From assembly GCA_043805935.1 (NCBI GenBank), contig JAZDHM010000100.1:1-45946 (forward strand): a DNA stretch of 45,946 bases, read 5' to 3'. How positions within the stretch are numbered: position 1 is the stretch's first letter; every line of letters starts with the position of its first letter. The position numbers and the translations under genes were made by a program. Below, piece after piece: positions 1 through 9,720 of the stretch. The DNA is from Actinomycetota bacterium (lineage in GTDB: Bacteria; Actinomycetota; Acidimicrobiia; Spongiisociales; UBA11373). The notes under the pieces were generated by a model, which saw only the letters and a list, made by a program, of their open reading frames with translations, did no database searches and had not been told where the DNA came from.

Positions 1-272
1 ACCCTGGGGTGGTGATCGACGAGGACGCGGTCCTCACGGCCGGGCCGGTGGCGTGCGACCTGCTCGACCGAGATCAGGGCCCGGAACCGGCCCTGCTCGC
101 CGTGGTCGCCACCCTCTTCGGCGTCGAGGCCGGGTCGGTCGACGAGTTGGAGACCCGCATCACCGGAAGTCAAGGGGTGGTGGCCGGAGCGACCCTCGGT
201 GCCGCGGTGACCTACCTGTGCAGTGGGCACCAGGCCGAGGTGTCGGCGTTCCTCGAGGACCTCGGTTCTTGA
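1..272 (+). CDS. C-terminal end of an unidentified protein (gene starts upstream of the window)
   Basis: Track ORF 9..272. The frame stays open back to the window edge, and third codon positions are G/C-rich like the neighbouring genes. It ends ...SGHQAEVSAFLEDLGS*. I cannot name any motif. Confidence 0.3.
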   Translation, partial: PGVVIDEDAVLTAGPVACDLLDRDQGPEPALLAVVATLFGVEAGSVDELETRITGSQGVVAGATLGAAVTYLCSGHQAEVSAFLEDLGS

Positions 273-405
273 CGCGTCCCAGGGTCTTGCCGTCTTGCCC
301 CTGTCGCCGTCCCATGGCCGTCGACCGACGGGCAACGGGCAACCGGTAACGGGTCGTTGGGGAACCACAGGAGTGTGATTTCGGTCTGATAGCCTGAGTC
401 CACCC

Positions 406-3400
406 GTGCATCTGAAGACACTCTTGCTGGTCGGCTTCAAGTCGTTCGCCGACAGGACCAGGATCGAATGCGAGCCCGGGGTGACGGTCGTCGTCGGCCC
501 CAATGGCTCGGGCAAGTCGAATCTGGTGGACGCCGTCGCCTGGGTGATGGGTACCCAGGCGACCACCACCCTGCGCACCCAGCGCATGGAGGACGTCATC
601 TTCGCCGGGACCGCGATCCGACCTGCTCTCGGCCGGGCGGAGGTCTCGTTGACGTTCGACAACTCGTCGGGTCAGCTGGCGGTCGACGTGGCCGACGTCA
701 CCATGACGCGGCGGCTCTTTCGCGACGGCACGAGCGAGTATGAGGTCAACGGAACCCCATGCCGCCTTCTCGACATCCAGGAGCTGCTCAGCGACAGCGG
801 CGTCGGGCGTCACCAGCACGTCATCGTCGGCCAGGGAAGGGTCGACGGCGTCCTCAACGCCGGGCCGGAGGAGCATCGGGCGGTCATCGAAGAGGCCGCC
901 GGGGTGGTCAAGCATCGGGGGCGGCGTGACCGCGCCGTGCGGCGTCTCGAGGCCACCGCGGTCGACCTGGAGCGTCTCAAGGACATCCACGTCGAACAGG
1001 AGCGGCGCCTCCGGCCTCTAAAGCGCCAGGCGAGCGCCGCCGCCCGGCACGACGAGGTGCACGCCGAGTGGCGGGCCCTGCGGCTGTGGCTAGGAGGGGA
1101 ACGGCTGCGGACGGTTCGTGGCCGGCTCGACGAATTGCGCCGCAACCAGGGTGATCTCAAGGGGTCGCTCGATGCGTGGAATGAGGAGCGGGAGGTGATC
1201 TCGGGGGCATTGCGGGAGCTCCAGGCGGCGTCGGGTGAGGTGGGCGTGGCGCTCGACCGGGACACCGCCGCCGCCGCCAGGCTCGAGACGGCCGCAGAGC
1301 GCCTGCACACCATCGCCCTGGTCGCCCGGGAGCGTCGCACCGGATTGGAGCGGAGCCTGCTCGACGTGGACGAACGGCGCAGTGACCTTCTCCGTGAGCG
1401 CGACGACCTCATCCGGAGCCTGGAGTCGACGGCGGCCGGGGAGGCGATTGCGGCTGAGTCGGCCGAACGCGCCGAGATCGAATTCCGCTCGTTGGAGGAC
1501 GAGGAGCGTTCTTTGACCGATGCCGACCGATTGCCGGCGGAGGGCCAAGTTGCCTCGCTCCGAGGCGATCTGGCGGCCCTCGACGCAGCCGCCGGGCGCG
1601 ACGAACGAGAGAGCGCCGACCTTGTCAGGAGGCGGGGAGCGGTCGCCACGCTGATCGACGAGGAGGCGGGGGAAGAGGAGCGGTTGCGCGGCGAGCTCGC
1701 CAGCGTCGGCGAGGCCGTGGAGAAGGCGGCCGCGACGCGCGACAAGACCAGACTCGTAGCCGAGCGTGATCGCTCAGAGGCATCGTCGGCCGACGACGCC
1801 CACCGCCGCGCCGAGACCTCCTTCGCCGCCGCCGCAGCTCGCGTCGAGGCACTCGAGGCGGCACGCGCCGGTCTGGGGGATCCCGAGGCGAGAGAGCTGG
1901 CGGCGACAATCGATGGCGTGGTCGGAACGATTGCGGCTGCCCTCGACGTCCCCGCTCCGCTGAGCGCGGCGGTCGCGGCCGCCCTCGGCCCATGGGCGGA
2001 GGCGTTCGTTGCCCGTGACTCGGGCGGGGTTGCCGCCGCCGCATCGCAGATCAAGGCGCGCGGCCTGGGCGGCGTGGCGTTCGTGGCTGCGGTCGGCGAT
2101 GGGACCGTGCCGGCGAGGGTCGTCGCCATCGCCGGAGGCGCAGATGCGCTCGTCGATCGGTTGGGACGCGCCGCCGACGCCTCGCTAGCCGCTGCCTTGT
2201 TGGGAGACGTCGTGCTCGTGGAGGGATGGGCGCAGGGCCGCTCGATCGTGGCAGGCCATCCCGAGGTGCGTGTGGTCACCCCCGAGGGGGATCTCATCAC
2301 GGCGGTCGGCGTGGTGGCGGCCTACCCGGAGGGGACCGGGCAGGCGACGATTGAGGCGGCGCGCGTCGCCGCCGAACGCGCCGCCACCGAGACCGCTCGC
2401 ACGCTGAGCCGCCGTACCACGGCGAATCGCGCTCGGGACGCCTCAGCGGCGAGGTTCGAGCAGGCAGATGCGGTGATGACGGGATTGGAGCGCCGGCAAG
2501 CGGCGCTCGGAGAGACCCTCGGTCTGTTGGACCGGTCCCGCCAAGAGCATCAGGCGGAGTTGAATCGCCTCGACACCCGCGCCCGGGCCTTGGCGGAGGC
2601 GGCGGCGCGTCGCGGGGAGCGGCTCGCCGGACTACGGGGACGCCTCGGCCGGCTCGAGGGCGAGGAGGCGGTTCGCCAGTCGGCGTGGGACGACCTGACG
2701 CGGCGCCGCGAGCACGTGGCGGCACGCCGGGATGAGGCTCGGCGGCGGCGCGAGCAGGCGACCGCCGCCCTTGCCGCGGCGATCGAGCGACGGAGCCTTC
2801 TCGAGCGGCGCCTTGTTGAGATCGGTGGACTGCTCGGCGGGGACGCGCCGCGGGTGGACCGTGCCGGGATCGAGAGCTTGGAGATCGTCGAAGCGAAGGC
2901 CCGCCGCGCCGTCGAAGTGGTGCGGCACCACATCGCGGTCCTTCGGGACCGCCAGCGCGTTCTGCGCGCCGAGGTAGGCGATGCGGGCGTTCGACTCGAC
3001 GAGGCACGGACCCGGCGCGAGCTGCTGAGCAGCCGTGCCGAGGAGGCTCGCGAGTCGCTGAGCACCATGGCTGTGGAGATCGCCGAGCTCACGGTGCGGG
3101 AGGAGGCCACCCTTGAGGGCCTGCGTCGCGACGTCGACGCGGACGAGGCCGAGGCCCTGGCCGCTCCCCGCCCCACCGTCCCGGATGGGGCGGAGCCGGC
3201 GGCGCACCTGGATTCGTTGGCCGCCTCGTTGAAGCGCATGGGCCCGGTGAACCCGCTGGCGGCATCGGAATACGCCGACTTGCGGGAGCGGGTCTCCTTC
3301 CTGGAGGACCAGCTGAACGACCTCGAGGAATCGCGGGCCGAACTCCGCAAGGTCATCAAAGCCCTGGACGCAGAGATCGCTCGGCTGTTCGAGGAGGCCT

Positions 3401-3837
3401 TCGAGGACATCGCCGCCAAGTTCGCCGAGAACTTCTCGGTGCTGTTCCCCGGCGGCACGGGCCGGCTGACCCTCACCAGCCCCGACGACGTCCTCGCCAC
3501 TGGTGTCGACATCCATGCCCAGCCGATGGGGAAGAAGGTGGGCCGGCTCGCCATGTTGTCGGGAGGCGAGCGGTCCCTGGCCGCCCTGGCGTTCCTCTTC
3601 GCCGTGTTCCGGTCGCGGCCGAGCCCTTTCTACGTGCTGGACGAGGTCGAGGCCGCCCTCGACGACGCCAACCTGCGCCGCTTCATCCGGCTGGTGGACA
3701 CGCTGCGGGGGACATCGCAGCTGGTCATCGTGACGCACCAGCAACAAACCATGGAAGCGGCCGATCTGCTCTACGGTGTGACGATGGAACCGGGTGAATC
3801 GTCGCGTGTACTGGCCAAGCGCCTGAACCGGGTGTGA
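406..3837 (+). CDS. smc: Chromosome partition protein SMC
   Basis: 1143-aa ORF with a GTG start. It has an N-terminal Walker A (GPNGSGKSN), long Ala/Glu/Arg/Leu-rich coiled-coil arms and a central hinge segment. The C terminus carries the LSGGERSLAALAFLFA signature and Walker B (FYVLDEVEAALDD). Confidence 0.97.
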   Translation: MHLKTLLLVGFKSFADRTRIECEPGVTVVVGPNGSGKSNLVDAVAWVMGTQATTTLRTQRMEDVIFAGTAIRPALGRAEVSLTFDNSSGQLAVDVADVTMTRRLFRDGTSEYEVNGTPCRLLDIQELLSDSGVGRHQHVIVGQGRVDGVLNAGPEEHRAVIEEAAGVVKHRGRRDRAVRRLEATAVDLERLKDIHVEQERRLRPLKRQASAAARHDEVHAEWRALRLWLGGERLRTVRGRLDELRRNQGDLKGSLDAWNEEREVISGALRELQAASGEVGVALDRDTAAAARLETAAERLHTIALVARERRTGLERSLLDVDERRSDLLRERDDLIRSLESTAAGEAIAAESAERAEIEFRSLEDEERSLTDADRLPAEGQVASLRGDLAALDAAAGRDERESADLVRRRGAVATLIDEEAGEEERLRGELASVGEAVEKAAATRDKTRLVAERDRSEASSADDAHRRAETSFAAAAARVEALEAARAGLGDPEARELAATIDGVVGTIAAALDVPAPLSAAVAAALGPWAEAFVARDSGGVAAAASQIKARGLGGVAFVAAVGDGTVPARVVAIAGGADALVDRLGRAADASLAAALLGDVVLVEGWAQGRSIVAGHPEVRVVTPEGDLITAVGVVAAYPEGTGQATIEAARVAAERAATETARTLSRRTTANRARDASAARFEQADAVMTGLERRQAALGETLGLLDRSRQEHQAELNRLDTRARALAEAAARRGERLAGLRGRLGRLEGEEAVRQSAWDDLTRRREHVAARRDEARRRREQATAALAAAIERRSLLERRLVEIGGLLGGDAPRVDRAGIESLEIVEAKARRAVEVVRHHIAVLRDRQRVLRAEVGDAGVRLDEARTRRELLSSRAEEARESLSTMAVEIAELTVREEATLEGLRRDVDADEAEALAAPRPTVPDGAEPAAHLDSLAASLKRMGPVNPLAASEYADLRERVSFLEDQLNDLEESRAELRKVIKALDAEIARLFEEAFEDIAAKFAENFSVLFPGGTGRLTLTSPDDVLATGVDIHAQPMGKKVGRLAMLSGGERSLAALAFLFAVFRSRPSPFYVLDEVEAALDDANLRRFIRLVDTLRGTSQLVIVTHQQQTMEAADLLYGVTMEPGESSRVLAKRLNRV

Positions 3838-4802
3838 TCATCGTCGTCGTGATCGCCGGGGTGGCGATCACGCTCGGGGCAGTGGCGGTGATCCGTCTTC
3901 GGAGGCGACGGACCGCTGCGGCGCAGCCGGCGGCGCACAGCCCATCCACGCGGCCGACCCTCTCCAGCCGGATCGCGTCGGTGATGCGGCGGAGCATCGA
4001 CGAGACCTACTGGTCGGATCTCGAGGATGCCCTCATCTCGGTCGACATGGGGGTGGCCACGGCCACGAAGGTGGTCGATCGCGTTCGGGCGTCGTGGCCG
4101 GCTGATCCGGCTGCGGCGAAGGCGATCTTGCGCCGGGAGCTGGTGGCGGTGTTCGGCGACCGGGATCGCTCGCTGCATCTCGGGGTTTCGCCGGCGGTGC
4201 TCGTGGTCGTCGGCGTCAACGGGTCGGGCAAGACCACCTCGATCGCGAAGATCGCCGCCATGCTCGGCAGAGAGGGCCACCGGGTGCTCATCGGCGCGGC
4301 CGACACCTTTCGTGCCGCCGCTGCCGAGCAGATTCAGGAGTGGGGAGCCCGGCTCGGGGTCGACGTGATCGCCGGCCAGGAGGGGGCGGATCCCGCCTCG
4401 GTGGCGTTCGACGCGGTGGCGGCGGCGCGCGCCCGGGGGAGGGACGTGGTGGTCATCGACACCGCCGGGCGCCTCCACTCCAGGCAGAACTTGATGGACG
4501 AGCTCGGCAAGGTGGTGCGGGTGCTCTCGCGTCCTCCGGGACGCGTCGCGGAGGTGCTGCTGGTGCTGGACGGGACGGCCGGTCAGAACGGCATCGCCCA
4601 GGCGCGTGCGTTCACCGCGGCGGTGGGGGTGACCGGCGTCGTGCTCTCCAAACTCGACGGCACGGCACGGGGTGGGATGGCCGTGGTGGTGGAGGAGGAG
4701 CTGGGCATCCCGGTCAAACTGATCGGTGTCGGCGAGTCAGCAGACGACCTGCTTCACTTCTCGCCGGAGGCCTTCGTCGACTCGCTTCTGGAGGGCTCAT
4801 GA
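3834..4802 (+). CDS. ftsY: Signal recognition particle receptor FtsY
   Basis: The GTG start overlaps the smc stop (GTGA). An N-terminal hydrophobic anchor (IIVVVIAGVAITLGAVAVI) is followed by an NG domain with GVNGSGKTTS, DTAGRLH and LSKLDGTARGG. Confidence 0.95.
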   Translation: MIIVVVIAGVAITLGAVAVIRLRRRRTAAAQPAAHSPSTRPTLSSRIASVMRRSIDETYWSDLEDALISVDMGVATATKVVDRVRASWPADPAAAKAILRRELVAVFGDRDRSLHLGVSPAVLVVVGVNGSGKTTSIAKIAAMLGREGHRVLIGAADTFRAAAAEQIQEWGARLGVDVIAGQEGADPASVAFDAVAAARARGRDVVVIDTAGRLHSRQNLMDELGKVVRVLSRPPGRVAEVLLVLDGTAGQNGIAQARAFTAAVGVTGVVLSKLDGTARGGMAVVVEEELGIPVKLIGVGESADDLLHFSPEAFVDSLLEGS

Positions 4803-5185
4803 GCGCCGAGGACCTGATCGCCGAGGCCAGGTCGGCCGCGCAGCACGCCTACGCCCCCTTTTCGAGATTCCGCGTCGGGGCAGTGGTGGTCGACGCCGCC
4901 GGGAACCACTACCCGGGCGCCAACGTCGAGAACAGCGCCTTCGGCTCGGGGATCTGCGCGGAAGCGAGCGCCATCGCCCGGGCCGTGTCCTCGGGAGCGC
5001 GCAAGCTGGACACCGTGGCCGTGTCGTGCATCGACGCCACCGAGGCGGGGTATCCGTGCGGCAACTGCCGCCAGCTCATGGTCGAGTTCCGGGTCGACCG
5101 GGTGATCGTGGACGGCCCGGACGGTCCGAGGGTCCACACCCTCAAGGAGCTCATCCCCCACATGTTCCGGCTCGACCCTCGCTGA
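4799..5185 (+). CDS. cdd: Cytidine deaminase (small homotetrameric type)
   Basis: The internal ATG at 4799 overlaps the ftsY stop (ATGA). The product is 128 aa and carries the zinc-ligand motifs CAE (GICAEASAI) and PCGNCRQ. The longer track ORF from 4340 lies inside ftsY and is Arg/Gly junk. Confidence 0.9.
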   Translation: MSAEDLIAEARSAAQHAYAPFSRFRVGAVVVDAAGNHYPGANVENSAFGSGICAEASAIARAVSSGARKLDTVAVSCIDATEAGYPCGNCRQLMVEFRVDRVIVDGPDGPRVHTLKELIPHMFRLDPR

Positions 5186-5277
5186 GCGGACCGGGGGAGC
5201 GCGGCCGCCGAGCCCGGACCCTGAGACCACCCGGGTTCCTCCTTCACTCGTACCGCCTGGGCACCGATACGGTCTTC

Positions 5278-5538
5278 ATGACCGCGCACCCGTCTGCACC
5301 ACCCGACTGGAAGGTCACGACCGGGTACCGGGTTCTCGTGAAGATCGGATGGGGGACCACCGGGCTGGCGGTCTACCTCGGTGCGGCTGCCTTGCTCCTG
5401 GGTGTTCAGGGCGTGTGGTGGATCGTGGCCGGCCTGGCGGTTGCCGCGATCCTCGTCGGGATGCTGCTGCCCGAACCGGTGCCGCGCGAGATGATCACCG
5501 GGCATCGCAACCAGATCGATCCGATCGGCCGGCGCTAG
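5278..5538 (+). CDS. Small hypothetical membrane protein (two predicted TM helices)
   Basis: ATG at 5278 inside track ORF 4726..5538. The 86-aa product has two hydrophobic stretches ([15 protein letters not shown] and [19 protein letters not shown]). No family recognised. Confidence 0.45.
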   Translation: MTAHPSAPPDWKVTTGYRVLVKIGWGTTGLAVYLGAAALLLGVQGVWWIVAGLAVAAILVGMLLPEPVPREMITGHRNQIDPIGRR

Positions 5539-6482
5539 GCCTTCGACAGCGCTTCGAGGAGCCTCGGCAGCACCTTGTGCACGTCGCCGACGATTCCTAG
5601 GTCGGCGATCCCGAAGATCGGCGCCTCCTCGTCCTTGTTCACGGCGATGATCAGCCCCGAGTCCTTCATCCCAACGAGGTGCTGCATCGCGCCGCTGATG
5701 CCGCAGGCGATGTACACGGCGGGCTTGACGGTTTTGCCGGTCTGGCCCACCTGCATCGAGTAGGGGACCCATCCCGCGTCGACCACGGCGCGGGTCGCTC
5801 CCACCGCAGCACCGAGCCGGGCGGCGATCTGCTCCACGAGGTGGAAGTTGTCCGCCGATCCCATGCCTCGACCGCCGCTCACGATCACGTCGGCTTCGGA
5901 CAGCTTGGGGCCCTGGGATGGCTCCTCGTGACGCGACACGACTCGCGCCGAACCGGCATGGCCGGCGTCGGCGGGAGCCACCGGCACGACGCGGGGCGGC
6001 CCGCCGGCTCCGCGCTCGGCGGTGAAGGACTTGGGACGGGCGACGACGATCCTCGGCCCGGGACCGGCGAAGGTCGTCTCCACGCGGGTGGCGCCCCCGA
6101 GGATCTCGTTGAGGACCTTGACGCTCCCGCCTTCGGCGATCACGTCGACCGCATTGGAGAGCACCGGGGCGCCCGATCGGGCACTGAGGCGGCCGGCGAC
6201 GTCGCGGTCGGTGGGGGTGAGCCCGAACATGACGAGATCGCCATCCCCGACGAGCCCGGCGAGCGCCGCCGCGGCTGCCGCCGACGGGAGGGCGTCACCG
6301 ACGTCGAGGTGGTGGATGACGGCCACCCCATGGGCCCCGAGCTCCTCCCACGCGGCGTCGGATCCTGCGCCGACGTAGAAGGCGGCGACCTCCCCTCCGA
6401 GTGAGCGCGCCTTGGTCAGCAGCTCGAGCGAGATGGCGGCGGGCATGGCGCCGGACTCCTCTGAGAACACCCAGGTCGTCAT
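5535..6482 (-). CDS. etfA: Electron transfer flavoprotein, alpha subunit
   Basis: 315 aa. The C-terminal FAD-binding segment [34 protein letters not shown] is typical of EtfA/FixB. It lies 1 nt downstream of etfB. Confidence 0.93.
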   Translation of the reverse strand: MTTWVFSEESGAMPAAISLELLTKARSLGGEVAAFYVGAGSDAAWEELGAHGVAVIHHLDVGDALPSAAAAAALAGLVGDGDLVMFGLTPTDRDVAGRLSARSGAPVLSNAVDVIAEGGSVKVLNEILGGATRVETTFAGPGPRIVVARPKSFTAERGAGGPPRVVPVAPADAGHAGSARVVSRHEEPSQGPKLSEADVIVSGGRGMGSADNFHLVEQIAARLGAAVGATRAVVDAGWVPYSMQVGQTGKTVKPAVYIACGISGAMQHLVGMKDSGLIIAVNKDEEAPIFGIADLGIVGDVHKVLPRLLEALSKA

Positions 6483-6483
6483 G

Positions 6484-7260
6484 TCAGATCACCTTCGCCT
6501 GTTGGAGCATCTTGACGATCTCGAGGTGCGCCTCGCCGTCGTCGTGGACCTTGGCGCCGGCGGACCGTGACGGCGCCGGTCGCACCGCGGTGATGGCCTG
6601 GCCGGAGCCGGCCGTGCCCACGGTGGCGGGGTCGATTCCCAGGTCGGCGCACGTCGGCTGGTCGACCGGCTTCTGCTTGGCCTGCATGATCCCCTTGAAG
6701 GTGGGGTAGCGCGGCTCGACCGCTCCGGAGGTCACGCTGACGAGCACCGGGAGCGGGGCCGTCACGACGTCGTATCCCGACGCCGTCTGGCGCTCCACGG
6801 TGATCACGCCGTCGGCGTGGGAGACCTTGCGGGCGAACGTGAGTGCGGGCAATCCGAGGATCTCGGCGATCTGCTGGGGGACGACGCCCGAATAGCCGTC
6901 GGTCGACTCAGTGCCCGCGATGACCATGTCCACGCCCTCGCGGGCAATGGCGGCCGCCAGGACCCGGGCGGTCACCAGCGCCCCAGAGCCACGCAGTGCC
7001 GGATCGCTGACGACCACCGCCTTGTCCGCCCCCATGGCCAGTGCCTGGCGGATGCCCTGGAGGTTTCCGGCGGGGCTCATCGAGACCAGGACCAGCGTTC
7101 CCCCGGTGGCCGCGGCGAGTTGGAGTCCGACCTCGATGCCGTAGCGGTCGGTGTCGTCGAGCACCTGTTCGTTCGGGCGGACCACGAAATGGGTGGTCGG
7201 GTCCAGCTGGTAGGGCGTGGCCGGATCCGGAATCTGCTTGACGCAGACCGCGATCTTCAT
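6484..7260 (-). CDS. etfB: Electron transfer flavoprotein, beta subunit
   Basis: 258 aa. It starts [13 protein letters not shown] and contains ...[31 protein letters not shown], typical of EtfB/FixA. Confidence 0.93.
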   Translation of the reverse strand: MKIAVCVKQIPDPATPYQLDPTTHFVVRPNEQVLDDTDRYGIEVGLQLAAATGGTLVLVSMSPAGNLQGIRQALAMGADKAVVVSDPALRGSGALVTARVLAAAIAREGVDMVIAGTESTDGYSGVVPQQIAEILGLPALTFARKVSHADGVITVERQTASGYDVVTAPLPVLVSVTSGAVEPRYPTFKGIMQAKQKPVDQPTCADLGIDPATVGTAGSGQAITAVRPAPSRSAGAKVHDDGEAHLEIVKMLQQAKVI

Positions 7261-7301
7261 GTCACTCCTTGGACGGGTGCGACGGCGATGTTAGAAGCCG
7301 G

Positions 7302-8147
7302 TCACCGGGCACCCGCCGCCGACGTGGCGGCGAGAGCCGGCAGGAGGGCATCGAGCAACGCGGTGAAACGGCCCCTGGCAGCGTCCGCCGTGGCCGTCAC
7401 CTCCTCGTGGCTGAGCGGGGTGGGGGAGATCCCGGCGGCGAGATTGGTGACGAGGGAGATGCCGAGCACGCGGGCCCCCATGTGCCGGGCGGCGATCGCC
7501 TCGGGGACGGTGGACATCCCGACGAGGTCCGCCCCGAGCCGACGCGCCATCTGCACTTCGGCGGGCGTCTCGTAGGACGGTCCGAGCAGCCAGGCGTAGA
7601 CCCCCTCCTTGAGGGGGACTCCGACGCGTCGGCCGACGGCCTGCGCCGTCGAGCGGAGGTCCGCCGGGTACACCGCCGACATGTCGGGAAAGCGCGGGCC
7701 GAGCCGGGGGTCGTTGGCCCCGATCAACGGGTTGCGCGCCGTCAGATTGAGATGGTCGCGGATCAGGACCAGGTCTCCCGGGACAAGCCCGTCGCCGCAC
7801 CCGCCGGCTGCGTTGGTCAGCACGACGATCTCGCAGCCCGAGCGCACCGCGGTGCGAACGGCGAAGACGACGTCCCCCAGGTCCCACCCCTCGTAGGCGT
7901 GGACCCGGCCAGCCAGCACCATGACGGGGACGTTGCCGAGTTCCGCCGAGAAGAGCGATCCGGCGTGTCCTTCGACCTTGGGCACGGGGAACCCGGGGAT
8001 CTCGCCGTAGGGGAGGCGCCTCGCTGCCGGCAGCGCGGAGGCATAGTCGCTGAGACCCGATCCGAGCACCACCGCCAGACGATGGCGAGGCCGGCGGGTC
8101 GCCTCGGCCACCACCGCGGCGGCGACATCGATGGCTTCGACGCTCAT
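7302..8147 (-). CDS. punA: Purine nucleoside phosphorylase (trimeric PNP family)
   Basis: 281 aa with VVLGSGL, GFPVPKVEGHAG, VLAGRVHAYEG, GPRFPDMS, GPSYETPAE and GADLVGMSTVPE. Its start overlaps the deoA stop by 4 nt. Confidence 0.9.
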   Translation of the reverse strand: MSVEAIDVAAAVVAEATRRPRHRLAVVLGSGLSDYASALPAARRLPYGEIPGFPVPKVEGHAGSLFSAELGNVPVMVLAGRVHAYEGWDLGDVVFAVRTAVRSGCEIVVLTNAAGGCGDGLVPGDLVLIRDHLNLTARNPLIGANDPRLGPRFPDMSAVYPADLRSTAQAVGRRVGVPLKEGVYAWLLGPSYETPAEVQMARRLGADLVGMSTVPEAIAARHMGARVLGISLVTNLAAGISPTPLSHEEVTATADAARGRFTALLDALLPALAATSAAGAR

Positions 8148-9448
8148 CGGACCTCCTCGTACAGGAGGAGGGGGCTCTTGGCAGGCCCGTCGCCGATCTC
8201 GAAAGCGCGTTCCGCGAGGGCGGTGGCTTCGGCGAGGCGACCGGCATCGTCGAAGTGCAAGCGGGCGAGGACATCCCCCGCCTCGACCTGAACCCCCACC
8301 TTGGCCTCGACGGTGATCCCGACCCCGGGATCGATCGTGTCCTCCTTCGTCGCCCGACCGGCGCCGAGGCGCATGGCGGCGACACCGAGGTCGAGGGCGT
8401 CGCAGCGGGTGACCACCCCGGCTCTCGGCGCGGTGATGACGTGTTCCCCGGCGGCGGCGGCGAACAACGACGTGTCCTCCACGACGCGGGGATCACCCCC
8501 CTGGGCCCCGATCACCTCGACGAACTTCTCGAGGGCTGCTCCGGAGGAAACGGCGGCGGCGAGCCGGTCGCGGGCGACTTCGGCGTCGGCTGCGACCCCG
8601 CCGAGAACCAGCATCTCCGCCCCGAGCAGGAAGACGATCTCGACGAGGTCGGCGGGCCCTCCACCCTTGAGCACGTCGATCGACTCGACGATCTCGGAGG
8701 CGTTGCCGACTTCTCTACCCAGGGGCTGGTTCATGTCGGTGATGAAGGCGACGGCGGTGATCCCGTAGGCCGTCCCTATGTTCACCATCGTGCGGGCCAG
8801 GGTCCGGGCGTCGTCGAGTTCGCGTTTGAAGGCGCCGCGGCCCACCTTCACGTCGAGCACGAGCCCGTCGATGCCCTCGGCCAGCTTCTTGGACATGATC
8901 GAGGACGCGATGAGCGGGATCGACGGGACGGTGCCGGTGGCGTCGCGCAGGGCGTAGATCCGCCGGTCTGCCGGTGCGATGCCCTCCGACGCCCCGGCGA
9001 GTACGAGTCCGTGTCGCCTGAGCAGGCGGCCGAACTCCGTCGGATCGAGGTCGGTGCGGAACCCGGGGATGGTCTCCAGCTTGTCGAGGGTGCCCCCGGT
9101 GTGGCCGAGCCCGCGGCCCGAGAGCATCGGGATGGCCACGCCGCAGGCGGCGACCATCGGGGCGAGCGGGATGCTCACCTTGTCGCCCACGCCGCCGGTC
9201 GAGTGCTTGTCGATCACCGGGGCACCCACGTCGGAGAAGTCGAGGACCTCACCGGAGTGGAGCATCACCGCGGTCCACGCAGCGAGCTCGTCCTGATCGA
9301 GCCCCTTCAAGAAGACGGCCATGAGCATCGCCGACATCTGGTAGTCGGGGATCCGGTCGGCGGTGTACTCGGAGATCAGCCAGGCGATCTCGTCGGTGGT
9401 GAGGGCGCCGCCGTCGCGCTTGCGCTCGATCAGCTCGACGGCGTTCAT
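8144..9448 (-). CDS. deoA: Thymidine / pyrimidine-nucleoside phosphorylase
   Basis: The internal ATG at 9448 is residue 42 of track ORF 8144..9571. It gives MNAVELIERKRDGGALTTDEIAWLI..., followed by HSTGGVGDKVS and GRGLGHTGGTLDKLE. Its start overlaps the stop of the upstream ATL-like gene by 4 nt. Confidence 0.92.
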   Translation of the reverse strand: MNAVELIERKRDGGALTTDEIAWLISEYTADRIPDYQMSAMLMAVFLKGLDQDELAAWTAVMLHSGEVLDFSDVGAPVIDKHSTGGVGDKVSIPLAPMVAACGVAIPMLSGRGLGHTGGTLDKLETIPGFRTDLDPTEFGRLLRRHGLVLAGASEGIAPADRRIYALRDATGTVPSIPLIASSIMSKKLAEGIDGLVLDVKVGRGAFKRELDDARTLARTMVNIGTAYGITAVAFITDMNQPLGREVGNASEIVESIDVLKGGGPADLVEIVFLLGAEMLVLGGVAADAEVARDRLAAAVSSGAALEKFVEVIGAQGGDPRVVEDTSLFAAAAGEHVITAPRAGVVTRCDALDLGVAAMRLGAGRATKEDTIDPGVGITVEAKVGVQVEAGDVLARLHFDDAGRLAEATALAERAFEIGDGPAKSPLLLYEEVR

Positions 9449-9720
9449 CTGCGTCGCACCCCGGCCACGCGATTGCCCCGTACCTCGACGCCTTCCCCTT
9501 GGAGGCGCCTCGCTTGTTCGGCTTCCGACCCGGGGACAAGCCGCCCCGATGCGCTCACCACCCTCCACCACGGATGGCCGCTGGAGAGGGCCAGGAACCT
9601 GCCGACGGCCCGGGCGGCGCCTGGCCGGCCCGCCATGGCCGCTACCTCCCCATAGGTGACGACGTCACCTGGTTCGAGGTGGTCGAGCACGGCCGCGATC
9701 CTCTCGTCCAGCTCGGTCAT
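9445..9720 (-). CDS. MGMT-family DNA-binding protein lacking the acceptor cysteine (alkyltransferase-like, ATL)
   Basis: 91 aa. It has the TYGEVA...AARAVG helix-turn-helix and Arg-finger segment. The PCHRV active-site motif reads PWWRV. It shares 4-nt overlaps with upp upstream and deoA downstream. Confidence 0.75.
   Translation of the reverse strand: MTELDERIAAVLDHLEPGDVVTYGEVAAMAGRPGAARAVGRFLALSSGHPWWRVVSASGRLVPGSEAEQARRLQGEGVEVRGNRVAGVRRR

Noticed and set aside
810-2300. A 496-aa minus-strand ORF, together with 160..990 and 2297..3747, lying inside smc.
   Set aside because: It is antisense to a gene with unambiguous SMC motifs. The translation is Ser/Ala/Arg/Pro-rich low-complexity sequence, as expected from reading a GC-rich gene in the wrong frame. 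No start or SD context was found.
4340-4798. The long N-terminal extensions suggested by the ORF track for cdd (4340). The same applies to deoA (to 9571), ffh (10346), gap (to 14558), echA (25517), dprA (27845), whiG (29827), pyrH (32055), proS (40688) and rimP (42550).
   Set aside because: The extensions overlap the preceding gene and are Arg/Gly-rich. In each case they are followed by an internal start that reproduces the canonical family N terminus, usually with a 4-nt overlap or an SD.
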